From: Phaeosaccion multiseriatum
Lineage: Eukaryota; Protista; Ochrophyta, other classes
Assembly: GCA_965112735.1 (NCBI GenBank)
Contig: OZ218960.1
Coordinates: 1,798,001 to 1,862,000, forward strand
Length of the DNA: 64,000 nt
Direction of reading: 5' to 3'
The notes beneath the pieces were generated by a model, which searched no databases, had not been told where the DNA came from, and saw only the letters and a program-made list of their open reading frames with translations. Below, one piece after another: positions 1-13,600 of this stretch (its first letter is position 1; every line of letters starts with the position of its first letter). A program made the translations under genes and the position numbers.

Positions 1-133
1 CGTTCGTCGATAAGCACAACATCCCGTCGTCAGTGGAGCTGACCTCAATCATCGAATGCCCGAATGATACTACATGGACGCCTACCCCCTCGCTACTTTC
101 CTCCCCTCGTTTTGATTTCTCTGCGCAACGCAG

Positions 134-2599
134 TTCTGCACCATCCTCATCTCTCTCGGTGTGAAGCTCAGGGAGGCGGACATGAGACTGGACTTCCAAC
201 AGCTCGTCAAGGAAGCGCAAGCGTGAGTGCGTACGCGTGGTGTGTGTGTGTATGTGTGTGTATGTGTGTGTGCTTGTGTGTATGTGTGTGTGCGTGTGGA
301 TATGCGTGTGTGTGTGAGTGTGTGTGTTTGTATATTTGTGTGTCAGTCTCAGTCTCCTTAGGGAAGGGCTCCATGTAGGATAGGGGGAGGAGGGGCACTC
401 CTCTCTTCGTTCACGCAATGCAATGAGAGTACAACCAGCCCTGAGGTGCTTTGCTGACACTTCATCTCCCCGTGGTGCGTGTGTTTGGATTGTTGTAGGT
501 GGTATGCCTGTCGTACTCTTGTCTATCCCTAAGCCAATATGGTCCACGCTGCCTTCAATGAGTTTCCCCTGCCGTGCACTGCACTGTATCTTGGTGCACA
601 ACACAACGCCTTACCATACCGCACTCGATTGCTCTACACTATCTGACTTATACCGCACTCGCAGTCGGGAGCCCGATGACCCGCGCCTGACGCTGGACAC
701 ATTGCGCCGGTACTACGTCTCCAAGATGCAAGGCAAGCATCAGGAAGAGAAAATCAGGTACGGGTGCAGGAGTAGTTGACGTTTAATTGGACCCTATCCA
801 ATGCCAAGAGATACCACTCAGAGATCGATCGAATGGGTACTACTACTTACGTATACAAGGGCGAGTTTATTTCCCTACAGTAGTGCAGTAGTGTAGTGTA
901 TGGGTATACACACGGAGAGGGCAGAGGGGCAGAGGACAGAGGATAGAGGGTGATTGACGCGATAAAGTAGAGTAGGCAGCCCAGGCCGGTGGGGGGACTT
1001 GCTTCTAACTATACCTACCAAGAAGTGTAGCATGCATACCATGCCCGTCCTGGGCACACTCACCCACATCTTAGTTACCCACCTCACCTCCCCTCCCCTC
1101 CCCTCCCCTCCCCTCCCCTCAATCGACTGCGCGGCCAGTAGGGAGGAGCCAAGCAGAGTGGGGCTCCTCTGTCTAGTTGTTTTAATGTCTCAGTGCTTCC
1201 TTGTCTTATCTCGATATAATGATGCTGGCCAAACCGAAGCAGCAGCCCGTCTCACAAAATCCAAACAAAGCCCCTCCCTCCCTCCCTCCCTCCCTCCCTC
1301 GCCCCCTCGCTTCCTTCGTTCCTTCCTTCCTTCCTTCCTTCCTTCGTTCCTTCCTTCCTTCCTTCCTTCCTTTCTTTCTTCCTTCCTTCCTCCTTCCCTT
1401 CCTTCTTCCTTCCTTCCATCCTTCCTTCCTTCCTTCCTTCCTTCCTTCCTTCCTTCCTTCCTTCCTTCCTTCCTTCCTTCTTCCTTCCTTCCTCCCTCCT
1501 TCCTTCCTTCCTTCCTTCCTTCTCTCCCAGGATGGCGTGGGAGGGCCTGTGGGGCGCCACTGGAGAGAAAAGCTCCGACGGCGGTCAGCCTTACATCGAC
1601 ACTGTAGAGTACCAACACATCTTCGCCAACATCGGAGAGCCGCTCAACGACGAGGTTAGGGAGGGAGAGAAGGAGGGAAGGAGGGAGCGAGGCAGGGAGG
1701 GAGTGAGGGGGTGAGGGGGTGAGGGAGGGAGGGAGGGAGGGAGGGAAGGAGGAAGGGAGGGAAAGAGAGAGGGGAGGGAGGGAGGGAGGGAGGGAGGGAG
1801 AGAGGGAGAGAGGGAAGGAGGGAGGGAGGGAAGGAGAGAGGGAGGGATGGAGGGAGGGAGGGGAGGGAAGGAGGGAGGGAGGGAGGGAGGGGGAGAGGGA
1901 GGGATGGAAGGAGGGAGGGAGGGAAGGAGAGAGGGAGGGATGGAGGGAGGGAGGGGAGGAAGGAGGGAGGGGGGGAGGGCGGGAGGAAGGAAGGACAGGA
2001 GGGAGGCACGGAGGGAGGGAGGGAGTGAGGGGGTGGGGGAGGGAGGGAGGGAGGGAGGGAGGGAGGGAGGGAGGGAGGGAGGGAGGGATCGAGGGAGGGA
2101 GGGAGGGAGGGAGGGAGGGAGGGAGGGGAGGGAGGGGATGGGGGGAGGGGAGGGGAGGAAGAGATGGAGGGGAGGGATTGAGCACCTGAACCTTGATAAG
2201 TGACGCTGACAGGCGTATCTGACAGCCGATGATAGACACGGGACACACGACAGCTGACGAATGGCAAATGAAGGAGAGGGGCGGAGCTGCAGCAAGCAAC
2301 CTTACGCTCCTACCCTTTACACCTCCTGTATCTATATGTCTTGCTGACCATTCATTCATGCATGTAAATATGTGTGTCTTGCTGGCAGTAAGTCCATTCC
2401 CTTCTCCTGATCCTCCCCTCCCTCCTCTAAGTCCATTCCCTCCTGATCCTCCCCTCCCTCCTCTCCGCCATACACTGCCATCCCCACTATCAACTCCCTC
2501 CCCCAGGAGATGGGTGAGATGCTTGGAGAGTGTCGGCCGGACGCCGAAGGGCGGATATTCTACGACGGGTACCGCCGAATGCTGTTGGAAAGAGCGTGA
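134..2599 (+). CDS. Divergent calmodulin / myosin-light-chain-like EF-hand protein (5' end probably upstream of window)
   Basis: Phase-consistent GT-AG exons 134-222, 665-757, 1531-1653, 2507-2599 give [17 protein letters not shown]...[12 protein letters not shown]...[51 protein letters not shown]. This parallels calmodulin EEEIREAF...[43 protein letters not shown]. Confidence 0.8.
1270..2170. repeat. Intronic (CCTT)n and (GGGA)n polypyrimidine/polypurine microsatellites
   Basis: Visible tracts at about 1270-1525 and 1658-2170 flanking exon 1531-1653. Confidence 0.95.
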
Positions 2600-3095
2600 C
2601 TTTCTTCCAAAACTATGCGTATGTCTGTGTTTATTTCCATTGTAAACGGGAACAAGCCAGTTGGGGTGCCATCACTGCTGGGGTACCCAAAGTGCATCGT
2701 GGGGTGGACTCTCGCTTTCGCACGCCGCACACTGTCAGGGCTTTCATTCAGTAAGAAACGTTCAGGGAAGATGTTAACTTAAGTAGGCCACATGCCCAAT
2801 GGATCACAAGGACAAGAACTGCGAAAGAAATGTATTGTTCAAAATTTCACCAGGTCATGTATCTACATCATCCCTCAGATGCTAAACCTCTGACCACCTT
2901 CCCTGCTGGTGTTTCGTATTGTCCCCCCTTTGTGATTTACAAATGCGCTCTCTGATCTCACCAAGCGGTCCCAATTGCTCCTGTGTGTGTAAGTACGTGT
3001 GCAACCCTAACTACAGAAACTGTCTCTTCTGCCCTGCTAGACTCATCTCCTCACCCCCTCTCTTCGTCAAGACGTATCGTCGACTATCGCGCTTT

Positions 3096-4454
3096 TCAAT
3101 TGAACGACGAGTAGCGCCGCGGTGGCAGCTCTCCCCATCCATCACGGGCACCCGCAGGCACGGGATGAATCTTGTCGGAGCTTGATGCGATATTCCGCCA
3201 CCATCCACGCGGCTGCTGCTGCTGTAACTGCTGCCCTTGTTCGTCGTGCTGTTCTTCGGCTCGATGTGGCTGCCCGGCCGTGTGCTCTCCTCCCTCCTGT
3301 TTGGAATTACCCACAGAAGCATCCGGCCCGGCCAGGAGAACCCCCGCCACGTCAAGAACCGACCAGGCTGTGGCACAACTACCGTCACTGCTAGAGGTAT
3401 CCGACATGATATCGACATCCGCTGTATCTGGGGGCGAGGAGGGAGAGTAAAATGAATGCCGCCGTGTCTGCCACACCTCATCAAGCTTCTGCTGGTGCTG
3501 CCGACGCTTCCAGTAGCGCTCGTCCTCTACTTTTTGTTCCTGTTGTTGCTGGTGCTGGTCCTCCTGCCGCCGCCGTCGCCGAAAAGCCGGCATGAGTCGC
3601 GAGAAGCTCATGAGGGAAGACAGACTCGGAGAGCGTCCACGAGGAGCGGCCGCCGCCGCCAATCTGCCTCTGTGTGCTGCTGAGGCGGTCACTGTTCCAC
3701 GCGCGGAGAAAGAGGCGGACTTGTGAGCGAAACTCTCGGTGAAGCGTCGTTGGGGTTGTTGCTCTGCGGCCGCCGCCGCCAATCTACGTCTGTATGCTGC
3801 GGAGGCGGTCACTGCTCCACGCGCGGAGAATGAGGCGGACTTGTGAACGAAATTCTCGGTGAAGCGTTGTTGGCGTTGTTGTTCTGCCGCCTCCTCAGGC
3901 TCGCCGGCAGCAGGCCCCGGCAATGCCTCCTCTTGTCGCTCCCAAGTGCCCCGCTCCACAATAAGACTCGAGCACCCTGCCCGGAGGACAAGACTGTCTG
4001 ATCTTTGTAGCTTGCTTGCGGAGGGATCGGCCTTCGACGCCCCCCCAGGAGCGGGCAGGATGGTGGTGGTGGAGCGGCGCCACCGAGGCGGAGAAGAGAA
4101 GCCTACTGAGTAGTCTCCCCCCAACCTTCCCCCCTCTCGCTGCTTGTCCTCCTCTTCCCTCTCGCTCCCACCATTAATTCTGCGGTCACTCTCCTCGGCC
4201 GCAGCTTCAAAGGAAGCCCTCATTATGGTACTGCTGATAATGGAGTGGCGCCTGCGAGGCGGGGAAGAGGCGACTGCTCGATTGCCACCAGCTGAGTTGT
4301 CTTCCCCCGATTCTTCAGCATCTCGCTTCTCGTACTCTCCGTCCCTCGTACTGCCGCTATTGCCTCTGCTGCTTCTCTCCTCGGCCACGTCAGAGAGATT
4401 GGAGCAGCTCACGGGAAGGGCAAAATGCTCCCACTGGTGTCTCCCACGCATCAT
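3096..4454 (-). CDS. Hypothetical low-complexity (S/R/E/Q-rich) protein with a 40-aa internal duplication
   Basis: 452-aa ATG ORF with no recognisable domain. RFTENFVHKSASFSARGAVTASAA is repeated with a 120-bp period at about 3645-3890. Confidence 0.5.
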   Translation of the reverse strand: MMRGRHQWEHFALPVSCSNLSDVAEERSSRGNSGSTRDGEYEKRDAEESGEDNSAGGNRAVASSPPRRRHSIISSTIMRASFEAAAEESDRRINGGSEREEEDKQREGGRLGGDYSVGFSSPPRWRRSTTTILPAPGGASKADPSASKLQRSDSLVLRAGCSSLIVERGTWERQEEALPGPAAGEPEEAAEQQRQQRFTENFVHKSASFSARGAVTASAAYRRRLAAAAAEQQPQRRFTESFAHKSASFSARGTVTASAAHRGRLAAAAAPRGRSPSLSSLMSFSRLMPAFRRRRRQEDQHQQQQEQKVEDERYWKRRQHQQKLDEVWQTRRHSFYSPSSPPDTADVDIMSDTSSSDGSCATAWSVLDVAGVLLAGPDASVGNSKQEGGEHTAGQPHRAEEQHDEQGQQLQQQQPRGWWRNIASSSDKIHPVPAGARDGWGELPPRRYSSFN

Positions 4455-5235
4455 TTGTCTGCTGCTGTGGTGGGGTGGTATGGAACCTTTGAAGGATTAG
4501 CTGAGGATTGTCTCTCTTCGAGCAAACGAGGGGAAGAGAAAAGGTTTATGGCGAAAGGATCACACCATCACCACCCTCACCCACAAGCCGATCAGTTTCT
4601 TCCAACGGTTTTCTATGAGAGTGAAACGGCAGGAACGTGCCGCGATTTGGGGATCATTTGGGGCTTCCCCCCTTTCTTCTATTGCGTATAGACTTTTGCC
4701 GTTGATGCGTTTTACTCTGCGGCGCGTTTTCGTAGAAGGGGGGGGGGTGGAGGTGTGGGAAGTTGGAGGGAAGGAGAAGCACGGATGGCAGTGGATGGGA
4801 GGGAATAACTTCTGGAGGGGGGAGGGAGGGAGCAGTGGATGGGGATGGGGGATGGCAGTGGATGGGGGCACTCACTCACTCACTCACTCAATGGGATGGG
4901 CTGGAGACAGGTCGAGACGAACATGCCTACATCTTGGGGGGAAGGAAGAGCTGCGCGCGCTTCTTTTCTATGGCATAAATGAGAGAGAGGGAGAGGGTGT
5001 GTGTGTGTCGCATATGTGCTCATATAGCTCTCTCGCCCAAAAACTCTCCTCCTATATATGTACAACATTTATCTACATATCTGCATGCATCCTTTTCCAA
5101 AGCTTGACCCCTCGTACCAGCCTCTGTCCAGCCTCTCGGGTGAGCAGACTACCAGCGGTGAGGGCATGGGTGTCAGGATCCAGCCGCCCTCCCCCAAAAC
5201 ACACCCACACACTGAGTTGTCGTGTTGGTGATTCG

Positions 5236-5648
5236 CTACCCCTCCACCCCGTCTTCGCTGTCGGAGAGAAAGAATGTGCCTCTGTCGCTGACACCGTTGC
5301 TGTTGGCCTCCGAAGCAATGCTGCCGCTCCCACCCCCACCACCACCCCCGGCACCACCACCCCCACCACCAAACACAATGCCTCCGCTTCCTGACGACGC
5401 CAGTGGGGGTAGCCCTCCTCTCCTCCTTCGATGCGTGTCATCATCCCCGTCCTCCCCTACTTGAAAACCTTCCAGCGCTGGTGCCCGCCTTCTCCTGGCC
5501 CTCGTCGGGTCCTTAGTGGCGACACCTCCGTCGGCTTCATCCTCCTCCTCCTCCTCCTCCTCCTCCTCCTCCTCCTCCTCCTCCTCCTCCTCCTCTTCGA
5601 CCCGGAAACCCTCATCCTGCGGTGTCGTCAACCGCTGCTGTATCACTA

Positions 5649-5685
<37 letters not shown>

Positions 5686-6416
5686 CTCCTCCTCTTCCAC
5701 CCGAATCGCGTCAATAATGGACAAGAGATGGGCCCTTTCCTCCTCGCTCTCAATGCCCATACCTTCCACGGGGTGAAGGAGATCCGTCTCGGTCAGCCCA
5801 AGCAGCATAGCCCCATCCACTCGATGACTGTAGAGCTTCTCCGCCGCCTCCGGCATGCTTAACTCCTCCTTCATCCAAAGAAACACGTCTTTGCGGTTCC
5901 ACGAGCGAACCGTCTCCGCCATTGTGGCCCCTCCCTCCTCTCCCTCTCCCCCCTTCTCTTCTTCCTCGTCCTCCACGTCCTCCTCCTGCTCCTCCTCCTG
6001 CTCCTCCTCCTGCTCCTCCTCCTCCTCCTCCTCCTCCTCCTCCTCCTCCTCCTCCTCCTCCTCAACATCCCCTTCCGTATCTTCTTTCGCCCCCTCCTTT
6101 CCCAAGAGACCACCATCGACCGCGGCCTTCACCCGCCCTCTCTCTTTTCTCTCCACTCCTTGTTGGTTGTAATCATTGCCATCGTCATCATCATCATCAT
6201 CATCGTCAAAGCCGTCGCCAACCGCACCACCACCATCACCAGTTGGTGATACACAACTGCCGAGCTTGAAATCCCCCGGAACGAGCGTGACAGCTTTCAG
6301 CGACATCTCCTTCTCTCCTCCTCCGCTGCCATTTTCAGGTTGATTAGCGCTTCCTGACCCCTCCTGCCCCTCTCTTCCTTCACTTCGTCCTCGTCCTCCT
6401 CGTCCTCCTCCTCCTC

Positions 6417-6450
<34 letters not shown>

Positions 6451-7817
6451 TCCTCCTCCTCCTCCTCCTGCTCCTCCTGCTCCTCCTCCCGCTCCTCCCC
6501 TTCCTCCTCCTCCCTCTCCTGGACGCAGCATCGAGGCCAGGGCTAGGCGGTCCTTGCCACCATGCGGGAGAAGAGTAGCAGCAGTTGGTGATACAGTACC
6601 AGCGGTAGCAGCATTGCTAGGAGGAGTTGCATTCTTGCTCGAAGGAAGAGAAGGATGCCCTCTCTCCTGCTCCTCTTCATCCTTCTCACCCCCCCTCTCC
6701 TCCTCCTCCTCCTCCTCCTCCTCCTCCTCCTCCTCCTCCTCCTCCTCCTCCTCCTCCTCCTCCTCCTCTTTCTCCTCCTTTTTCTCCTCCTCGTCGTCGT
6801 CGTCATCGTCGTCCTGCTCCTCCTCCTCCCCCGCATCCCTCTCATCCTCATTCTGCCCCCTCTCCTCCTCGTCCTCCTTCTTCTGCTCCTCCTCCTCCTC
6901 TTGTCCACTTGACTCGAGGCCGTCTCGGATAGGAAACGCCCCCCCATCAGCAAATCCTGCTGTTGCTTCTGTATCACCAACTACCACACTGGGTCGTGGT
7001 GGAGGCCCCGGAGGTGAGGGTTTGACGGGGGTGGATGAAGGCACCAGGGAAGCAGAGATGGAGGAGGAAGAGGACATGGATAGGGCGAGAGAGGACAGCG
7101 CTGAAGTGCCTGTCAACATCTCCCCCCCCTTGCCCACAAATGGCACTGAGCCCCCACTACTACCACCACCCGTAGCACCATCCGCTGGAGGTGGAGGAGG
7201 TGGTGGTCCGGAGGGAAGGTCCCTACCCTTACTACCACTGATGGTGCTGCTACAGCCGCTGATGCTGCCGCCGCCGCCGCTGCGAGTGACCATTGCAGCG
7301 CCGCTCCGACCTATCCCGCCCCCTTCACCTTTTGCCCCACCAACCTCTGCTTCCCTCTCCCCCCTCTCCACGGCCCCGCCACTCACTCTCCTCTCGACGC
7401 TCCCACCCCCTGCCCCGCCTGCCTTGCCTCCACAGCGCTGTGCGTGGTGGGGTATCTTGGAGAAGGGGAAGGAGGAGTTGCAGCGAAGGCAGCGGATGGG
7501 CCGCTCCGAGCAAGAGGATTCGTGACGCTTCACGTGCTGCTCCTGTGGGGTGAATGTGTGAGTGTGTGTGTGTGCGAGTGTGTGTGTGTGTAGAGGGGGA
7601 GGATGAACGCCGTCGGAAGCACAAGGTAGGAGGAAAGTGAGACAAAGACACAAGTCTGGACTAGGAAAGCCATGCGAATCACACGCACACACACGGATGC
7701 ACACACGCACACACACACCCACATCCACACACACAAACACACACTCACACACACACACATTCACTCTCTCTCTCTCACACACACTCACACACACTCACAC
7801 ACACTCACACACACACA

Positions 7818-7856
<39 letters not shown>

Positions 7857-10592
7857 TCACACACACGAACCTGCGCTAAGGGGTCGGTGGCAGCCTTGGC
7901 CGCCGCAATAGCCACTCCACAGTGTCTGCAGCAGTTGCCTCCGTCTCCCCCTCTGCTGCTATCCCTCACTGCTCCTGTTGGGCTGGGGCTGGACATGGAT
8001 GCGGGTCTGTTGTGGGCCCGCTGCTCATTGCCTGTCCCATTCGCTGTATCACCAACTCCTGATGATGATGCTCGGGGGCGGGAGGGGCAGGCGGCACTGT
8101 GCTTCTCCATGTTCCTCACGAGGACCTGAAGGTGAGGGTACGCGTACAAAGACACGTAAGGGAACATGCACACACACACATACATACATACATACATACA
8201 TACACACGTAACATACATACATACATACATACTTATATACATACATACATACATACATACATACATACATACATACATACATACATACATACATACATAC
8301 ATACATACATACATACGTTTGTACGTACGGGAACTTTCGTACCTTGGCGCCGCAGTCGAAGGGGCAGCGCACAAGCCTTAACTCGCACACTTCGAGATGG
8401 GAGCTCATGGCCACCTTGGGCATCCGCCGCAGGCAAAACGTGCACTGCATGGAGTCTCGCGAGTCCGCTCCATTCCCTCCTCCTCCTCCTCCTCCTCCTC
8501 CTCCACTGGTGGTGGTGCTGCTCTCCCTCCTTGCTGCCTTACTGGCACTACTGTAGCTGCTGCTGCTTCTGGTGCTGGTGCTGGTGTGAGGCGCGGGTGT
8601 GGTGGTGGGGGTGAGTGCGGCAGTAAGGCCCACCATACTCTCTGCTGTTGCTCCATTCCTATGGCTATTGCTATGACCCTGTTGTTGTCTCTCTCTTTCT
8701 CTCTCTCGTGCCTTGCGTGCCCCCCGCCCTTCTTGCTCCACTCCTCTTCCCCCCCGCCCGGCCTCCTCCTCCTCTTCTCCGCCCTCCTCCTCCTCCTCCT
8801 CCTCCTCCTCCTCCTCCTCCTCCTCCTCCTCCTCCTCCTCCTCCTCCTCCTCCTCCTCCTCCTCCTCCTCCTCCTCCTCCTCCTCCTCCTCCTCCTCCTC
8901 CTCCTCCTCCTCCTCCTCCTCCTCCTCCTCCTCCTCCTCCTCCTCCTCCTCCTCCTCCTCCTCCTCCTCCTCCTCCTTGTCCTCCTCCTTGTCCTCCTCC
9001 TCCTCCTCCTCCTCCTCCTCCTTGTCCTCCTCCTTGTCCTCCTCCTCCTCCTCCTCCTCCTCCTCCGCCTCCCTCCGCTCCACCCCCTCCTCCACCTCCA
9101 TCGCCGGAGAAGGAAGCGGAGAGATGGATGGAGGGCCGACAGGAAGGGAGATGCTTCCATAACTGAACTGCTGCTGCTGTATCACCAACGGCTGCTGCTC
9201 ATGTACCCGAATCGCCACAGTAGATGTCGAAGTAGCAGCAGCAGCAGCAGCACCACCACCACCACCACCCGAGGCAGCAGCAGCGGCAGTCGAGAACGAA
9301 GTAGAGCCCATCCCTGCAGAGGAGGGCGTCGGGGCAGACCCGGCCACAGCATTAGTACTGCCGGCCCCCCTCGGAGTCGGAGGAGTCTTTGTACTCATAC
9401 CTGTGTCATTACCACTACGTGTGTGGCTAGATCGACGTGAACTCCCTCCTCCTCCTCCTCCTCCTCCTCCTCCTCCTCCTCCTTCACTGCTCCCGCCACC
9501 GTCGGGGACCCCACTGAGACCGCTGCCCGTACTCGCTCGCCGATGGTTGTGGTTGTTGCTGCTACTGCTGCTTCTCCCTGGCTGTTGCTGTATCACCAAT
9601 GGCTGCTGCTGAAGCTTGGTGGTGCCATGCATCATCCCCCCGGGGGACGATGAATCCTTCGAGGGAGGCCCTCCTCCCCAGGGGGTGAATCCTGAGGGGG
9701 TGGAGGGCATGCTTCCCATAGTGCTGCGTCGCTGCAGGTGCTGCTGCTGCTGCTGCTGCTGCTGCTGTATCACCAACTGCTGTTGCTGGTGAAGGCGTGG
9801 CGTGTGGGGCGTAATCTGCACAGGAGGAGGCGGATGGTGGTCACTACCGCTGTCGCGCGGCTGCGTGCGCTGCCCTTGCCCCTGCCCCTGCTGATGATGT
9901 GGCGAATACGATGACGGCTGCCTCCTCTGCCTCTGCTGCCCCCCCCCCCCGCCCCCTCCTCCTCCTCCTGCTCCAGACCCAGTTGACAAGGGCGCGATGC
10001 TCAGGTTAGCAGGGCTGCGCATCCCCGGGGTGGAGGAGGGATCGTTCCCGCCACTCTCATGCTGGTGCTGCTGCTGGTGGTGCTGGTGCTGGTGCTGCTG
10101 CTGGGAGAGGGCGTGGGTGGGGTGTGAGGAGGAGGATGGCCGTTGATGGCTATGGTGCTGCCTGCTTGTAAAGGTCGCACCGCTACCGCCCGTGGAGAGT
10201 GGCGTCAGCGGCGCCGCAGAGGGGGGCGCAGACTTTCTACTACTGCCTAGGCCTGGGCCATCGTGGTCTCTCTCCCTTCCTCCTCCTCCTCCTCCTCCTC
10301 CTCCTCCTCCTCCTCCTCCTCCTCCTCCTCCTCCTCCTCCTCCTCCTCCTCCTCCCCCGCCAGTAGTTTCGTGTTGGTGGGCAGTGAAGGCAGGGGAAGG
10401 CATGCTGCCCAAGCCATCGCTGAAGAGCCCTTCGTCTTCCCTGTCCCTGTCCTTGTCCTTGTCCCTCTCTCTTTCTCTGTCTCTGTGGGCAGCTCTCTCC
10501 TCTCTGCTGCTGCTACGCCTCCGCTCGCGGTGCTGAGACTGCTGTGCTGCTTTATATTGGTGGTATTGCGCCTGGGGAGAGTATACATACGT

Positions 10593-10635
<43 letters not shown>

Positions 10636-13600
10636 TATATATATACATATTATATATATTATATATTCGGTGTGCACAGCAAGCCAGAAGTAAGCAAGAA
10701 GAAAATAAGAAGGAAGAAGGAAGGGAAGAGACAAGCAAGCAAGGAAGTAGAGGCAAGGCAACGAGAGAGAGAAGAAAGCAAGCAAGCAAGTAAGCAAGTA
10801 AGCAAAGAAACAGGAAAGAAGAAAGAAAGAAAGTGGATCGTTGAGGCACAAATGGGGTGCCCTGTTCGTGTGTGGAGCAACAAGAGCACGCTTACGCCCT
10901 CGCACCCACGCACCCACGCACCCACGCACTCACGCACCCACTTATCTACGCACCCACCCACCCACGCACACACACACACCCATTGACATACTCCACGTAC
11001 CTGGAGTCTGTGCGACAGCGGAGAGTCGGCGGCCAGCGGTGTGGGGGTGGGCCCGCCTGTACCGATGGCAGCCGATGACGATGTGTCCCCCCCTGGGGCC
11101 GGTCCTGACACCCCTGCTGACGCCGCTACCGCTCCGTGGCCGCCGCTGATGCTGCCGGTGCTGCTGCGCGGGTGCGAGTGTGAGTTTCGGTGGGACTGTT
11201 GCTGTTGCTGCTGCTGGTGTTGGTGGTGTTGATGTTCTTGTTCTTCTTCTTCTTGCTGCTGTCGTTGCTGCTGTTGCTTTACGAGCTCTTCTTGCTGTTT
11301 CTGTTGACGTTGTTGTTTTTGTTGTTGTTTTTGTTCTTGGCGCTGCTGCTGCTGTTGTTGTTGTTCTTGTTCTTGTTGCTGTCGTAGCTGCTCTTGCCGC
11401 TGCTGTTGCTTTTGCAGCCCTTCTTGCTGCTTCTGCTGCTTCTGCTGCTCCTCTTGCTGCTTTTGGTGCTGTTGCTGCTGCTGCAAGCCCATCAATTGAT
11501 GGCTTAGCTGCGAGCTGCTTCTCGTAATGCTGTGAAGCTCTTGCTGAAGAAGAAGAAGCTTCGTGGAGATGCCCTGGACCGCCATACCGCTTCCCACCTA
11601 GGGAGAGAAGGGGGGGGGGGGAAGGGAGGGAGGGAGGGAGGGAGGGAGAAAGAGAGAGAGGAGGGAGGGAGGGAGGGAGGGAGACGGAGGGAGGGAAGGG
11701 GGGAGAAAGACAGAAAGGGGAAGAGTTGGTATCAGTTACAACGCATGAGCCTCTGAGAAAGGGAGAAGACGCGGCTGCCAACATAAAGGCACACGCACAC
11801 AGTCATTCACATACTATCTCTCTCTCTCATTTACAAATTCACACCCACCCCTCCACCCACCCGCCCACCCGTCCACCTTCCCACCCACCCACCATCCACC
11901 CACTCACGGACCCACCCACTCACGGACCCACCCACTCACTCACCGTCACACGCGCGCACACACTCCTACCCCCACCTCCACCCACCCACTCACCCACCCA
12001 CCCATTGACGTACTACCACCCACCCACTCACCCACTCACACCCCTCCCCTCTCCTTCTCCCTCCCTCACTCCCTTCCCCCCTCTTTCCCCATTCCATTGT
12101 TCCCCCTACCCTCCTCTCCTGTCCTCTCCTCCCCTCTCCTTCCCCTCCCCTCTCCTCTCCTCTCCCCTCATCACCTCTCCTCTCCTCTCCTCACCTGCGC
12201 GTCCCGCATGATATCAATCTCACTCTCCACTCTCTTGACCGTCGCACAGAGGCCTGCCAGCTTGGCGTGCGCGTCGGCCTGTCCCTTGCGTGCCTCGAGT
12301 AGGTCCAGCATCACAGTCTTGTTCTCCTCCGACCGGACCTTCTCCAATTTCAGAAGTTCCAGTTGTTCCAGGTTCAGTTTTTAGTTTCAGGTTCGTTCGT
12401 AGTTGACCGCTATCCAATACCAATACCAGCCCGTCAATAAGTGAGCAGACCTGAGCCGGCCAGCCAATGATTGCCAACCAAGAGGTCTAAATCGAGACAT
12501 CGACGTCGATACTGAATGCTTCTGTTGAGAGCTCCAACTACTCGATACTCGACCTCACCTTCTTCTCGGAGTGCACGTCTGATGCCATCTCTCTCGTGCT
12601 GGCAGAGAGTGCCTCCGTGCTTCGGGCCAGCTGGTGATACCAATTGGTGATATGACATTAACAACCACAAATGTCGACGGGATGGCAAGAGAGGGGGGGA
12701 GGGAGGGCGGAAGGAAGGAAGGGAAGAAGGGAAGGAGGGGAGGAGGGAGGGGTGGAGGGAGGGAGGGGGAGAGGAAGGAAGGAGGCAAGGGAAGAAGGGA
12801 GGGAGGGAAGAAGGAAATGAGGGAAGGAGGGATGGAGGGATGGAGGGAGAGAGGGAGGAAAGGAGAGAGGGAGGGAGGGAGGGGGAGAGGAAGGAAGGAA
12901 GGAAGGAAGGAAGGGAGGCATAGAGGCCCCTCTCTCTCTGCATCTACTGGTTTGTACTAGCTATCACCCCTTACGTACTAGTTATCACCCCTTACGTACT
13001 ATTGATCACCCCTTGCGTACACCTTACCTGCCGCTCCAAATCTTCTGCGACCCTGCGTGCGCGACGATCGCTGTCCTCCAAAGCAGTACTCCACCCCCTC
13101 AGCTCCTCCTTCAGGAGCTTCGCCCCGTCCTCCCCTTGTCTCACCCGTTGCTCGAGGCCGGCCACCCTCTCTGACACTTTGTCCTGTTGAGCTGATCTTG
13201 AGGCGGCCTCTCGCTCCACTTGGGCGGTGCCTTTCAACGCGGTGGCGGACTGCGATGCGGCTTGTCGGCACTGCAGTCGAAGCTGGTCTACCTGAGATAA
13301 GAGGAGGGGAGGAGGGTTGGTTGGTTGGTTGGTTAGTTGGTTGATTTGCTTGATACAGTAGAGGAGTAGAGGGGAAACCATCAATAAAACACAAGTGGAG
13401 GGCTGGGGGAGGGCTGGAATTTAAGGGGGGGACAACAACAGTCGTACAGTATGACCATAGCAAATAGGTCAGGCGATAGACATATGGTCAAGGTGCAAGG
13501 CTTGGAGGGAGAGGACACACTGCAGCAGCAGAAGGAGGAGGAGGAGGAGGAGGAGGAGGAGGAGGAGGAGGAGGAGGAGGAGGAGGAGGAGGAGGAGGAG

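Noticed and set aside
1190-2359. Long ORFs of PSLP/GREG/poly-P/L/S/R type here and throughout the window
   Set aside because: They are stop-free translations of intronic or antisense microsatellites, not proteins.
4615-5394. 259-aa plus-strand ORF and other antisense ORFs over real genes (e.g. 29482-30720, 58935-59762)
   Set aside because: No motifs; expected shadow ORFs in GC-rich, repeat-rich sequence.
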